Source: a bacterium (lineage in GTDB: Bacteria > Zhuqueibacterota > Zhuqueibacteria > Residuimicrobiales > Krinioviventaceae). From it: 64,000 nt of DNA. Of this stretch, positions 19,373 through 29,578 are shown piece by piece. Within the stretch, counting starts at the first letter, position 1; every line of letters begins with the position of its first letter. The stretch is from assembly GCA_963675755.2 (NCBI GenBank), contig CAXXMD010000002.1, positions 1,760,001-1,824,000 of the forward strand, written 5' to 3'. The translations under genes were made by a program, and so were the position numbers. The notes below the pieces were generated by a model that saw nothing but the letters and a program-made list of their open reading frames with translations, did no database searches and had not been told where the DNA came from.

Positions 19373-21748
19373 ATGAAACACATCATAACTATTTTACTCC
19401 TGGCATGCACACTTTTAGCACAGGCCCAAACCGGTTCCCTCAGGGGACGTGTAACAGATGGTCAGACATTACAACCGCTGGTTGGTGTGAATGTAATATT
19501 AAAAAATAGTAAAACCGGTGCTGCTACAGATTCTGACGGACGTTATGTCATCAAAGATCTGCAAGTAGGTGTTTATACACTTGAATTCAGTTATATCGGT
19601 TATGAGAAAAAGACCATTCCGGATGTATTTATCAAAACCGGCAAACCGGTATTTGTCAACACTGAATTGAACATGCAGATCATTGAAGGACAAGAGATAA
19701 CGGTCTCTGCCGGATATTTTGAAGAACCGGGTGACAGACCGGTTAGTGTGCACAATTTGGGTTACGAAGAAATCCGCCGATCTCCCGGTGCCCGTGAAGA
19801 TGTAAGCCGTATGCTGCAAAACCTGCCCGGTGTCAGTCCTTCTACAGATGACCGCAATGATTTGATCATCCGTGGCGGAAGTCCTACAGAAGTGCTATAT
19901 GTCATTGACAATACCGATATTCCGAATCCCAATCATTTTGGAACACAGGGCGCCACCGGCGGACCGGTAAGCATGATCAATACCGAGTTTGTTGAAGATA
20001 TGACCTTTATGGCAGGCGGTTTTCCTGCCAGTTACGGGGATAAGGTTTCGGGCGTGATGGATATTTCATTACGGGAAGGCAACCGGTACGGATATAACGG
20101 TAAATTCGATCTCAGTTTTGCGGGTGTAGGCGGTTATTTTGAAGGACCTATCAACAACGGCAAGGGCTCATTTTTGCTGGGTGTGCATCGCAGTTTTCTG
20201 GACTTTCTCTCCGGTGTGATGGATTATGGCGGTGTGCCCATTTATTCAAATCTTCAAGGCAAAATGGTCTATGATTTAAATCCAAAACACCAATGGTCGA
20301 TGCTGTTTATTGGTGGTGATGATAGAATTGATCTGGAAAGTGATATTGAGGTGGATGATTTTATCATCGGGCAGGTGGATACGGTGGAATATGAACATAC
20401 GGATTTCAGGTCGCGACAATTCAGTTTAGGTACCAATCTGCGCTCATTCTGGTCCAAAACGTTTTATACCAATGTGAACCTTTCGCATACCTATAACCGT
20501 TTTTTCACAGATGTCAATTTCTTTGATATTACAGGCACACATAACTCGGGTCAGGAAGAATTGTCCGGCGAAAAACGTCTGGGCGAATCAGACATGTATG
20601 ATAATACATCAACCGAACAGGTATCCGCACTGAAACTCGATGCCAATTGGTTCATGAGCAAAACCCACACACTTATGTTTGGTACGTATGTTAAAGGATA
20701 TCAATTTAATCACGATATCGTGTATCAACCCATTAATCCGGACGAGCTCGATGCATGGGGACAATTACCAACGCCCTATTCTATCAATACCAAACAGAAT
20801 ATGACTCCCCGGTATGGCGCGTATGTGAATTTCAAACAACGGTTCCTGCACCGGTTTATATATAACCTGGGTGTTCGCTATGATCATTCTAATCTTTTGA
20901 ACGAGAGCAATACAAGTCCCCGGTTCAGCCTGAAATACGATGCAACCGAACGCCTGGATCTTCACGCAGGAATGGGACGTTTCTACCAGGCGCCGGAAAT
21001 GATCTTTATTACGTCTGATGAAAATAACAAAAACACGCTTCAAGACATCCAATGCGATCATTTGATTATTGGGCTCAATTATCTGCTTTCTGCCAATACC
21101 CGCCTCACCATAGAGGCCTATCATAAACGGTATGCACAGTACCCGGTATCCGGAGATGCAGGATACGAAATGATCTCGCTGGCCAACAGCGGTACAGATT
21201 ATGGGAATAACAACCGGAATCAGATCCTTTTGAGCGAAGGAGAAGGACGGGTAAACGGTCTGGAATTTATGATACAGAAAAAACTGATGGAAAATATTTA
21301 TGGATTGGTTTCGTATACACTCTCTAAAAGTGAAAACCAGGCTTTGGACAACATCTATCGTCCCGGCGCGTTTGACAATCGACATGTGTTTAACCTGGTT
21401 GCGGGATACCGTCTCAATAAATCCTGGGAATTCAGTGTAAAATGGCGTTATGCCGGAGGTGTGCCCTATACACCGTATGATATTGAAGCATCCAAAGCAG
21501 CTGGCAGAGGTGTACTGGACCTGAGTAGAATTAATGATGAACGGTTCGATCCCTATCACCGTTTGGATGTTCGTTTTGACCATCGTTCGTACATGAAAAT
21601 GGGTACCCTGGTAGAATACTTTTCCGTTGAAAATCTGTACAACCGGCAAAACATCCGCTGGAGCTACTGGAACCGCGCCCAGGGAAAAACCGATTTCTGG
21701 TACCAAACCGGAATCTTTATTGTGGGTGGAATGAGTTTCGAGTTTTGA
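19373..21748 (+). CDS. TonB-dependent outer-membrane receptor
   Basis: Signal peptide; carboxypeptidase-regulatory-like N-domain; plug motifs (LQNLPGV, IIRGG, GGFPASYG); C-terminal Phe. Confidence 0.9.
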   Translation: MKHIITILLLACTLLAQAQTGSLRGRVTDGQTLQPLVGVNVILKNSKTGAATDSDGRYVIKDLQVGVYTLEFSYIGYEKKTIPDVFIKTGKPVFVNTELNMQIIEGQEITVSAGYFEEPGDRPVSVHNLGYEEIRRSPGAREDVSRMLQNLPGVSPSTDDRNDLIIRGGSPTEVLYVIDNTDIPNPNHFGTQGATGGPVSMINTEFVEDMTFMAGGFPASYGDKVSGVMDISLREGNRYGYNGKFDLSFAGVGGYFEGPINNGKGSFLLGVHRSFLDFLSGVMDYGGVPIYSNLQGKMVYDLNPKHQWSMLFIGGDDRIDLESDIEVDDFIIGQVDTVEYEHTDFRSRQFSLGTNLRSFWSKTFYTNVNLSHTYNRFFTDVNFFDITGTHNSGQEELSGEKRLGESDMYDNTSTEQVSALKLDANWFMSKTHTLMFGTYVKGYQFNHDIVYQPINPDELDAWGQLPTPYSINTKQNMTPRYGAYVNFKQRFLHRFIYNLGVRYDHSNLLNESNTSPRFSLKYDATERLDLHAGMGRFYQAPEMIFITSDENNKNTLQDIQCDHLIIGLNYLLSANTRLTIEAYHKRYAQYPVSGDAGYEMISLANSGTDYGNNNRNQILLSEGEGRVNGLEFMIQKKLMENIYGLVSYTLSKSENQALDNIYRPGAFDNRHVFNLVAGYRLNKSWEFSVKWRYAGGVPYTPYDIEASKAAGRGVLDLSRINDERFDPYHRLDVRFDHRSYMKMGTLVEYFSVENLYNRQNIRWSYWNRAQGKTDFWYQTGIFIVGGMSFEF

Positions 21749-21752
21749 TTTC

Positions 21753-21778
21753 GGGAGGGCGTGTCCCTCCCTTTTTTT
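21753..21778 (+). terminator. Rho-independent terminator
   Basis: GGGAGGG-CGTGT-CCCTCCC followed by a T7 tract. Confidence 0.8.
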
Positions 21779-21858
21779 ATTTCTTGCTTGTATAATCGCG
21801 AATTTCTATCTTTTGAAAATCAATAACCTAATCTTTACATCATTCTTTGGAGGGAAAC

Positions 21859-23316
21859 ATGTTGAGGGGATTCTCAAAAATCACACTTTATTTCATCCTG
21901 ACAGCAGTGTTTATACATCCTGGTTATCTCAAATCTGCGGGAAACACAAATTACCTTCAATATGTTCAATCCTATGCAAATGCAATGATCGAAAAAGGAC
22001 GCGATGTTTATGGCACCGAGCATTCCCCCCTGTTTGCCTCCGCACTGGACCGGTCAACCATGCGTATTGGAGAATTCCCGTCCATTGAGGGCATTCGCGC
22101 AGGAGATCGCGCACAAACAGGCGCAAATCCCTATCACGATATGGCGCTCTACTCGATACTCTATGAGCTGTCAGAAATAACAGGTAACAAGCTGTATAGT
22201 AATAAAGCAGACAAGGCCCTCAACTTTTTCATCACCCACTGTGCAAGTCCTGAAACCCATCTTTTCACCTGGGGCGAACATTTGTTTTGGGATTTTAATA
22301 CAGAATCGCAAGGCAATAATTTTGACATGCACGAGATCAATGGCCCCTGGCCATTCTGGGACCAGAGTTATACATTCAATCCTAAAGCCTGTAAACAGTT
22401 TGCAATGGGTTTGTGGCAGCATCAGGTCGCAGACCACGAAACCGGTGATTTTAGCAGACATGCCCGCTGGTCCTCTCACGGGCCGAACAAGGGATCGGAT
22501 TTTCCCCGTTATGCGGGACAAATGATCGAGATTTGGGCGGACGCATATTCACGTCCGGGTATCACAGAACAGGATAAAGCAGAACTGGTACGCGCGATTA
22601 CCTGTATTGTTTACCGCATGGAAGAAAATTCAAAATCCACTGCAACCGGTTACCTGCCCGCGCTGCGGGGAGCGGATTACGCCTGGCCTTCAAGCAACCT
22701 TGAACTGGCACGATGTTTATGGGGTGCCGCAGACAATATGGCCCCTGATCTTGCTGAACGGATGAAAACACTGGCAACCCAGCAGGATACGGATTTTCTA
22801 CGTGCTCCACACCAGCTGCATTCAGGCGGTGGTTTTGCTGCTACCCTGCATACGGAAACCGGAGAACCTCGGGACCGCTCCATGAACAAGCCCTATACGG
22901 CATTATGGGCATCCGGTTATGGCTACGGTACACATGCCTCTATGGCAAACCGGTGCTATCAACGCTATCAGCAATTAACACAGAATAATCCTGAAACAGC
23001 CGCACAGTACCACAAATTGATCAATGCGGCTGCCAATCAATATCTGAATGCAGAACCGGATACCAGTGGTGGCGTCAAACCGGACGCGGTGTCGGATATC
23101 ATTAACCTGATGTTAAATACATACGAAATGACTGCTGACAAAAAATATCTGAATCGTGCTAATGAATTTGCGCAATGGGGAATATCTCTCTTTCTGGATG
23201 ACGGATTACCGCTTCCCAAAGCCAGCAGCCGGCATACTCATTACGAAGCCCTCACCGGCGGACCGGATTTCATGTATGCGTTATTAAGAATCTATGATCA
23301 GAATTCAAATAAATAA
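21859..23316 (+). CDS. Secreted hypothetical protein, probably (alpha/alpha)-toroid glycan-active fold
   Basis: ATG after GGAGG (ORF track begins at 21847). Signal peptide; helical and aromatic-rich with WGEH..WD, FSRH and FPRYAG motifs; fold is inferred. Confidence 0.55.
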   Translation: MLRGFSKITLYFILTAVFIHPGYLKSAGNTNYLQYVQSYANAMIEKGRDVYGTEHSPLFASALDRSTMRIGEFPSIEGIRAGDRAQTGANPYHDMALYSILYELSEITGNKLYSNKADKALNFFITHCASPETHLFTWGEHLFWDFNTESQGNNFDMHEINGPWPFWDQSYTFNPKACKQFAMGLWQHQVADHETGDFSRHARWSSHGPNKGSDFPRYAGQMIEIWADAYSRPGITEQDKAELVRAITCIVYRMEENSKSTATGYLPALRGADYAWPSSNLELARCLWGAADNMAPDLAERMKTLATQQDTDFLRAPHQLHSGGGFAATLHTETGEPRDRSMNKPYTALWASGYGYGTHASMANRCYQRYQQLTQNNPETAAQYHKLINAAANQYLNAEPDTSGGVKPDAVSDIINLMLNTYEMTADKKYLNRANEFAQWGISLFLDDGLPLPKASSRHTHYEALTGGPDFMYALLRIYDQNSNK

Positions 23317-23324
23317 AAAATATC

Positions 23325-23897
23325 ATGCAACCCCTTGATGATAATTCCATAAAAAAAGCAGTAGAAGAACTGGATTCCAACGAGGAAAAACGGCGCAACC
23401 CGGCATTCAACTTTTTGCTGCCTGTTAGCAAAGAACAACCGGAATTACTCTCTCGCCATTGGGATATACTGGTAAAAATCCTGCTAAAAGAGCAGGTATC
23501 CAATCCTTTTGTAGCAATCCCCCTCATCGCAAATTTAACGATTGTAGATAAAGAGAATAAATTCGAGGATATATTTGACCTGTTTTACAAGCTGATCGAT
23601 CATGAGAGCCCTGTAGTCTCTCCGCATATTGCAGGTAATTCAGGAACAATCATCAATGCCAAACCGCATCTCGAAAACCAAATATTAGATATCCTTTTGA
23701 CTACTGACGAGCACAGCCAGTGTCGTCATAAAGGATTATTAAAAGCCTATGTAATTATAGCACTTGAAGCATGTTATGCTAACCTCACGAACAAAGACAG
23801 AGTGATTGATTATGTTAAATCGCAACAGTATTGCGACAGCCCCAAAACCCGCAAACTGGCAAAAGTATTTCTTAAATCGCATTCAAGTAATTCATAA
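23325..23897 (+). CDS. Hypothetical HEAT/ARM-like helical protein
   Basis: 190 aa, amphipathic helical repeats; 8 bp after the upstream gene. Confidence 0.6.
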   Translation: MQPLDDNSIKKAVEELDSNEEKRRNPAFNFLLPVSKEQPELLSRHWDILVKILLKEQVSNPFVAIPLIANLTIVDKENKFEDIFDLFYKLIDHESPVVSPHIAGNSGTIINAKPHLENQILDILLTTDEHSQCRHKGLLKAYVIIALEACYANLTNKDRVIDYVKSQQYCDSPKTRKLAKVFLKSHSSNS

Positions 23898-24089
23898 TGA
23901 ATGTAATTTCTATCCCCTTGTTAAATACGGATTCAGCTCCGGATATCTGATAATAAATTAACGTATTAAAACAAAAATCAAAAAGCTTGAATAATTCTAT
24001 AAATTTTAGTAATATGTCAAGATATACCTAAATTAAATCTTGTCTATTATTCGTAAAATTCAAAATATAAAATTTTTCAAACAAAAATT

Positions 24090-25529
24090 ATGTTATTTAA
24101 TTCTTTTCAATTTCTCATATTTTTTCCAATTTCAGTAGCGCTCTATTTTAGCACTCCTGCCAAATATCGTTGGACGATATTACTGGTAGCCAGCTATTAT
24201 TTTTACATGTCCTGGCGTCCTGAATATGCTATACTCATCCTTGGCTCAACAATCATTGACTATTTTGCAGCCCTCAAGATGAGCAAATACCAAGACAAAA
24301 AAAAACGAACACCTATTCTTTTATTCAGCCTGTTCACCAACCTGGGCTTGTTGTTTACATTTAAATATTTTAATTTCTTTAGTGAATCATTTTACCATAT
24401 CTTTAAGCTGTTCAGCCACAGTGCTACACCTTTTGAACTCAATGTGCTGCTACCGGTTGGCATTTCCTTTTATACATTTCAAACGCTGAGCTATACCATT
24501 GATGTTTATCGGGGCGACCGTGAGCCTGAACGACATTTTGGAATATTTGCGGTATATGTATCATTCTTTCCCCAGCTAGTTGCCGGCCCCATTGAACGCT
24601 CTACAACACTATTACCCCAGTTTCACAAAACGTTTGAACCCAATTACAATAACATGAAATACGGTTTACAGCTTGCTGCATGGGGCATGTTTAAAAAAGT
24701 AGCCATTGCTGATCAATTGGCGCTGTATGTAAACCGGGTTTATTCCAATCCAACGGGCTATACCGGCTTTGATATATTGCTTGCAACCTACTTTTTTGCT
24801 TTTCAAATTTATTGCGACTTTTCAGGATATTCGGATATTGCAATTGGTATTGCTCGTGTATTTGGTTACCAGTTTATGAAGAATTTTGATCGGCCCTATT
24901 TCTCACAATCTATTCATGAATTCTGGAAACGCTGGCATATTTCGCTTTCCAGTTGGTTTCGGGACTATTTGTATATACCGCTGGGAGGTAACCGGGTTTC
25001 AAAAAGCAGGCTGCATTTCAATCTTTTGGCTGTTTTCCTTACAAGTGGTTTGTGGCATGGTGCCAACTGGACTTTTGTGGTCTGGGGCGGTTTGCATGGA
25101 CTATTTTTGATCTTTGAAAGATGGAGCCACAAAGCCAGAGAAAAATTTTATGCAATTACCGGAATCAGCAAACATACACCCATACAGAATTTTATAAATA
25201 TCATTATCACTTTTCACCTGGTTTTGTTTTCATGGGTATTCTTTAGAGCACAATCCCTTCAAAAGGTTTTTCTATATTTCAAAGAAATTGCAAAATCATT
25301 TATTTATTTTGATCCAAACAAAATATTTGAAGATCCAATAAATCCATTATATTTTCTAGTGATCATTTTACTTATAATGGTAGAAATTTTACAAAGCCGG
25401 TACAAACTGCGTGAAACCATTGCAAAGTTTCCAACCTGGCTGCGTTGGTCAATCTATTTTATTGGATTATTTTCAATTTATTATCTGGGGGAATTTAACG
25501 AACAGGAATTTATCTATTTTCAATTTTAA
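24090..25529 (+). CDS. MBOAT O-acyltransferase (AlgI/PatA/DltB family), copy 1
   Basis: MLFNS start; LPVGISFYTFQ, FFPQLVAGPIER, YCDFSGYSD, FWKRWHISLS, SGLWHGA; ends FIYFQF. Confidence 0.93.
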   Translation: MLFNSFQFLIFFPISVALYFSTPAKYRWTILLVASYYFYMSWRPEYAILILGSTIIDYFAALKMSKYQDKKKRTPILLFSLFTNLGLLFTFKYFNFFSESFYHIFKLFSHSATPFELNVLLPVGISFYTFQTLSYTIDVYRGDREPERHFGIFAVYVSFFPQLVAGPIERSTTLLPQFHKTFEPNYNNMKYGLQLAAWGMFKKVAIADQLALYVNRVYSNPTGYTGFDILLATYFFAFQIYCDFSGYSDIAIGIARVFGYQFMKNFDRPYFSQSIHEFWKRWHISLSSWFRDYLYIPLGGNRVSKSRLHFNLLAVFLTSGLWHGANWTFVVWGGLHGLFLIFERWSHKAREKFYAITGISKHTPIQNFINIIITFHLVLFSWVFFRAQSLQKVFLYFKEIAKSFIYFDPNKIFEDPINPLYFLVIILLIMVEILQSRYKLRETIAKFPTWLRWSIYFIGLFSIYYLGEFNEQEFIYFQF

Positions 25530-25538
25530 TTTTAAATT

Positions 25539-26594
25539 ATGAAAAAAATAATAATTAAAATATGCTTTTTCATCCCCCTGCTTGTGTTCATAATTACGCC
25601 TATTGTATGGGTTGACCCCTTACATCTGTTTGGCCGTACTCATGGATTGAACACAGAGTATTTCTATAACCAGAGATTGATCAAAACCAATATACTTCGA
25701 TATGAAACTCCGGATTATAACTCTATTATTATTGGCAGCAGTCGTATCCGATACATGTCAGATATTGAAATAGGGAATTATAAAATTCTGAATTTGGGCA
25801 TGGATGGTCTCAAACTTGTCGACTTTCCAGGATTCATAGACCTTGCCAATGAAAGAGTACCGGATTCGCTCGAATGTATAATTGTTGCTATGGATATGTT
25901 TGGTACAAGAAAACCCGATTCCACTCGCACTTATTGGGGATCAACCGATGAATATCTGAGCAATTCTCAAGACATTTCTTATCTATTACCAATCATGATT
26001 GGCCCAAACAGCTTTAAATACAGTACTAAATCTATTGCAAATTATATTCTTCATGGGAAAAAAGCAGCTACGTCATGGAAAAAATTGAATTTACCTGTTC
26101 CTCCGCCCAAATCAGTACATGCGAGGCGTATAAGAAACGCATTCTCCACCTGGGAATTTGATGAAAACAGCTTGACAGCGCTTGAATACATTAAAACAAC
26201 TTTTAAAAACCAACGGTTAATTTTTATTGTGAATCCGGTATCCGTGGAACTGTTTAAACTCATTGATGACCAAAATCGAACATCCGATTTCCTGATCTGG
26301 TTACATACGCTTGCTCAAACACTTGATGGATTTTACAATTTTATGGATATCACTCCATTAACAAGTACTCCGCAAAATTGGCGCGATGTTAATCACGCTC
26401 ACCCCGATACCATGAAACTACAAATCGAGTCTATTGTATTAAATAAAACCGACAATCCCAATTTTACATTTATCACCAGAGAAAATGCGGATAGTGTAAT
26501 TAGCTGCATTGGAAACAGATTAAAAGAATATAATTTCCCACAATATAGAATAAATTATGAAAATGATAAACCTTGCCCACTCATAAAAAAGTAA
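25539..26594 (+). CDS. SGNH-like periplasmic acyltransferase partner, copy 1
   Basis: N-terminal TM anchor; IIIGSSR (Ser) and WRDVNH (DxxH); directly after the MBOAT gene. Confidence 0.7.
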   Translation: MKKIIIKICFFIPLLVFIITPIVWVDPLHLFGRTHGLNTEYFYNQRLIKTNILRYETPDYNSIIIGSSRIRYMSDIEIGNYKILNLGMDGLKLVDFPGFIDLANERVPDSLECIIVAMDMFGTRKPDSTRTYWGSTDEYLSNSQDISYLLPIMIGPNSFKYSTKSIANYILHGKKAATSWKKLNLPVPPPKSVHARRIRNAFSTWEFDENSLTALEYIKTTFKNQRLIFIVNPVSVELFKLIDDQNRTSDFLIWLHTLAQTLDGFYNFMDITPLTSTPQNWRDVNHAHPDTMKLQIESIVLNKTDNPNFTFITRENADSVISCIGNRLKEYNFPQYRINYENDKPCPLIKK

Positions 26595-26817
26595 CTACAA
26601 TAGACAGGGATAATCAGGGAAATCCCTAATCCCATACAAGATTTTTAGTTTAAACTATCATCAGGTTGCATGGATTAATATCTATACTCCCCCAAAATAG
26701 TTAACCTGCCAGTTGCAGAGCATTTCTCCTCATCGATGGAATCAAACTTATATTATAGATATTATTAAAGATGATTTTTTTGTAGAAAGGTAAATCTTGA
26801 AATGGGATCATATTCCA

Positions 26818-27150
26818 TTATTCAAGGTCGATATCCGGTTTCCAGCCATATTTCTGCAAGTCAATTTGTCCCCGTGCATTGATCTCTATGCCTTCACTCT
26901 CGAGCAGATTCTTTTGAATTTCTCCGGAAGCACACGTATCCCCCAGACTGATCTGTCCTTTCGAGTTGATTACCCGATGCCAGGGAATATCCATTTCTTT
27001 CGGCGTACTGCTTAGCGCCCAGCCCACAGTTCGCGCCGCTCGCGGATTACCCAGCATTGTGGCGATCTGTCCGTATGATGCAACTTTTCCGTAAGGAATT
27101 TGCGCCACCAACGCCCATACCTTTTCAAAAAATCCGGTTGTCATACTCAT
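26818..27150 (-). CDS. atl: Alkyltransferase-like protein (MGMT family, ATL/YbaZ type)
   Basis: IPYGKVASYGQIA, ARTVG and PWHRV (Trp in place of the catalytic Cys). Overlaps the regulator stop codon by ATGA. Confidence 0.85.
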   Translation of the reverse strand: MSMTTGFFEKVWALVAQIPYGKVASYGQIATMLGNPRAARTVGWALSSTPKEMDIPWHRVINSKGQISLGDTCASGEIQKNLLESEGIEINARGQIDLQKYGWKPDIDLE

Positions 27151-28661
27151 CCTCTAAATTCTTTTGCTGTTATACCCAGTTTTTTCATGCGGCTTTGCAA
27201 TGTGGTGGGTTTCAAATCAAGCAGTTCTGCAGCTCCTCCTTCACCATAGATGCGTCCATTACAATGTCGCAAAGCTTTGAGGATATGGTTGCGTGTAGCC
27301 TGCTCCAAAGTAGTAATTTCATTTTCTGTTTCAGGTAATTCTCGTACAATATCACCACGATCAACAGGACCAAAATGCTCAACATCAATCACATCACCTC
27401 TGGCAACTATGGCTGCACGTTCAAGGGCATTTTGCAACTCACGAACATTGCCGGGCCAGGTGTATCCACGCAGATATTCCACAGCACTAACCGTTAACCG
27501 CAATTGACGTTCAAATTTAGCGGACAATCGCTGCAAAAAATAATTTGCCAAAAGTATCACATCATCATCCCTGTCCCGTAATGCAGGCAAGGTAATTGGA
27601 AACACATTGAGACGATAATACAAATCCTCGCGAAAGCGTCCTTCTTTAATGGCCTGGTCGAGTTTTACATTGGTCGCACAAATGATACGCACATCTGCGG
27701 ACAGGGTCTTTTCTCCACCAACACGCTCAAAGGTTTGCTCTTGCAACGCACGAAGGAGTTTGGGCTGGATCTCCATGGGCAGATCTCCAATCTCATCTAA
27801 AAACAGAGTGCCTGTATTGGCAAGTTCAAAACGTCCCTTGCGCATGGAAACCGCTCCGGTAAAAGCACCGCGTTCATGCCCAAACAGCTCACTCTCTACG
27901 AGTCCACTTGCCAGCGCTGAACAGTTGAGCGCTACAAAGGGTCTGCCTGAGCGTGGGGACAATGCATGTACTGCCTTGGCAACCTGTTCTTTGCCGGTTC
28001 CGGTTTCGCCGGTTATAAATACCGGCGTATCAGTAGAGGCAACCACCTGAACTTGTTCCAATACATTCATCCAGGTACGCGAATGACCAATCAGATCCTC
28101 CAGTGCACGGGGCAAATCTTTGAGCAAAGTATTGCGCTCAAGCACCAGGGCATCACGCTCGGTCAATAACGAATCTGCAGCAAGGGATTGGGCCAGCGCC
28201 AGGGCAATCAAGCGGGAAAGTATCTCAGTCAACTGCACAACCGAAGGCGTAAACATGTCGCAGGCACGATGATCAAGGGTCAGAACACCCAGTGTATTGC
28301 CCTCAACATGCAGAGGCGCAACCAGGCACGAATGCCCGTCCGGTAGTTCAAGTATGTCCTCATATGTATCCAGATGTACCTCTCCGTCATCAGGATGATC
28401 TTCAAACAAATGCACCCTTCCCCGATCAATGATTTCGGCAATTTCTTGATGCTTGTCCAGCGATAGACGATAATCTTTGAGTTTGGGAGTATTGAGCGGG
28501 CCTTGCGCTTTACGAACGCGTAAAAGCTTGTCAGATTCAAGACTCAGTACAACCGCCAGCTCGTAATTCACAACTTCACTTAACGCTTCCAGTACAATTT
28601 CCATCGTTCTCTCAGGACTCAACAATGGCGTCAACGTAGAACTGAATTCCTGCATGGTCAC
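27147..28661 (-). CDS. Sigma-54 enhancer-binding protein, GAF-AAA+-HTH, NorR-like sensor domain
   Basis: GETGTGKE, GAFTGA, LFLDEIG, WPGNVREL. The GAF contains DTYE, HSC and TLD, aligning with NorR DPYD, HAC and TLD. Confidence 0.88.
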   Translation of the reverse strand: MTMQEFSSTLTPLLSPERTMEIVLEALSEVVNYELAVVLSLESDKLLRVRKAQGPLNTPKLKDYRLSLDKHQEIAEIIDRGRVHLFEDHPDDGEVHLDTYEDILELPDGHSCLVAPLHVEGNTLGVLTLDHRACDMFTPSVVQLTEILSRLIALALAQSLAADSLLTERDALVLERNTLLKDLPRALEDLIGHSRTWMNVLEQVQVVASTDTPVFITGETGTGKEQVAKAVHALSPRSGRPFVALNCSALASGLVESELFGHERGAFTGAVSMRKGRFELANTGTLFLDEIGDLPMEIQPKLLRALQEQTFERVGGEKTLSADVRIICATNVKLDQAIKEGRFREDLYYRLNVFPITLPALRDRDDDVILLANYFLQRLSAKFERQLRLTVSAVEYLRGYTWPGNVRELQNALERAAIVARGDVIDVEHFGPVDRGDIVRELPETENEITTLEQATRNHILKALRHCNGRIYGEGGAAELLDLKPTTLQSRMKKLGITAKEFRG

Positions 28662-28670
28662 CTTTCATAA

Positions 28671-28725
28671 CAACGATATTTAGTTGCAACGATATTTAGT
28701 TGCTTATTATAACGCAATATCGGTA
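28671..28725. promoter_or_regulatory. Putative enhancer (bEBP binding) sites
   Basis: Two identical 16-bp units CAACGATATTTAGTTG (28671-28686, 28687-28702), each CAAC-N8-GTTG, plus a degenerate third unit at 28710-28725. Confidence 0.7.
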
Positions 28726-28768
28726 ATTTTTGTTCCACAAAATATATTCAATTTTATAAATACAATAA

Positions 28769-28781
28769 AATCAGTATATTA
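28769..28781 (+). promoter_or_regulatory. IHF-type binding site
   Basis: AATCAGTATATTA matches WATCARNNNNTTR and lies between the enhancer repeats and the sigma-54 promoter. Confidence 0.55.
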
Positions 28782-28797
28782 AACACATAGAAATTAC

Positions 28798-28813
28798 TGG
28801 CACAATCCTTGAA
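28798..28813 (+). promoter_or_regulatory. Sigma-54 (-24/-12) promoter of dps
   Basis: TGGCAC-AATCC-TTGAA; canonical spacing, with GA instead of GC at -12. Confidence 0.75.
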
Positions 28814-28861
28814 TATATAGAAAGTAAATTAACGATAATTGATATGAAAAAGGAGAAAAAA

Positions 28862-29305
28862 ATGAATAACGCTGAAATGATTAAAAAATTGAACGTACTA
28901 CTTGCTGATTTACAGGTTGAATATGTAAAGTTGCACAACTATCACTGGAATGTCAAAGGTCAACTCTTCTTTAGCATCCATAATGTAACTGAAGAATATT
29001 ATGAATACATGACCGGTCAATATGACGAAGTCGCTGAGCGTATTTTACAATTGGGCGGAAAGCCGGTATCAACCATGGCTGAGTACCTGCAATCTGCAAA
29101 CCTGAAAGAAGAAAGCAAAAACGAATTTAACGCGGGCCAGGTCATTGAGGCATTGTTGAGCGATTTTAATTCCCTGCTCGAATCTTTTAAATCCGTTTCC
29201 AAGGCAGCCGGTGAAGCCGATGATGTTTCAACCGCCAATATTGCGGATGACAACATTCAGTGGTTTGAAAAAGCAATCTGGATGCTTAAAGCACATCAGA
29301 GTTAA
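28862..29305 (+). CDS. dps: DNA-protecting ferritin-like protein Dps
   Basis: HNYHWNVKGQLFFSIH...DEVAERI...WML signature; ATG after AAGGAG (ORF track begins at 28844). Confidence 0.93.
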   Translation: MNNAEMIKKLNVLLADLQVEYVKLHNYHWNVKGQLFFSIHNVTEEYYEYMTGQYDEVAERILQLGGKPVSTMAEYLQSANLKEESKNEFNAGQVIEALLSDFNSLLESFKSVSKAAGEADDVSTANIADDNIQWFEKAIWMLKAHQS

Positions 29306-29310
29306 TATTC

Positions 29311-29335
29311 AAGCCCGCTCATTAAAGCGGGCTTT
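29311..29335 (+). terminator. Terminator after dps
   Basis: AAGCCCGCT-CATTAA-AGCGGGCTTT hairpin. Confidence 0.7.
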
Positions 29336-29578
29336 ACTCATCTTCCCCCCCAAAATTACATTTACAAGTTACCCAAATTTTTTATTCAATCTTTTCTAAA
29401 ACCTTGCATTGCCCCAAATCCTTGTTTTATATGAACTTTTAAACCAGGTAAAATAAATTCCTATTCTTTTAAGAAACTTGACTTGTATTATAAATATAAT
29501 TTTACTATATTAGCACACAATTCAGAGACAAATCCCAATTACAATTTTATTTTTTTACTTTAACACAGAACGTATACT

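Noticed and set aside
20765-21706. 313-aa antisense ORF and similar shadows (49461..50171, 12847..13485, 55155..55718)
   Set aside because: Fully antisense to well-supported genes, with no motifs; codon-bias shadows.
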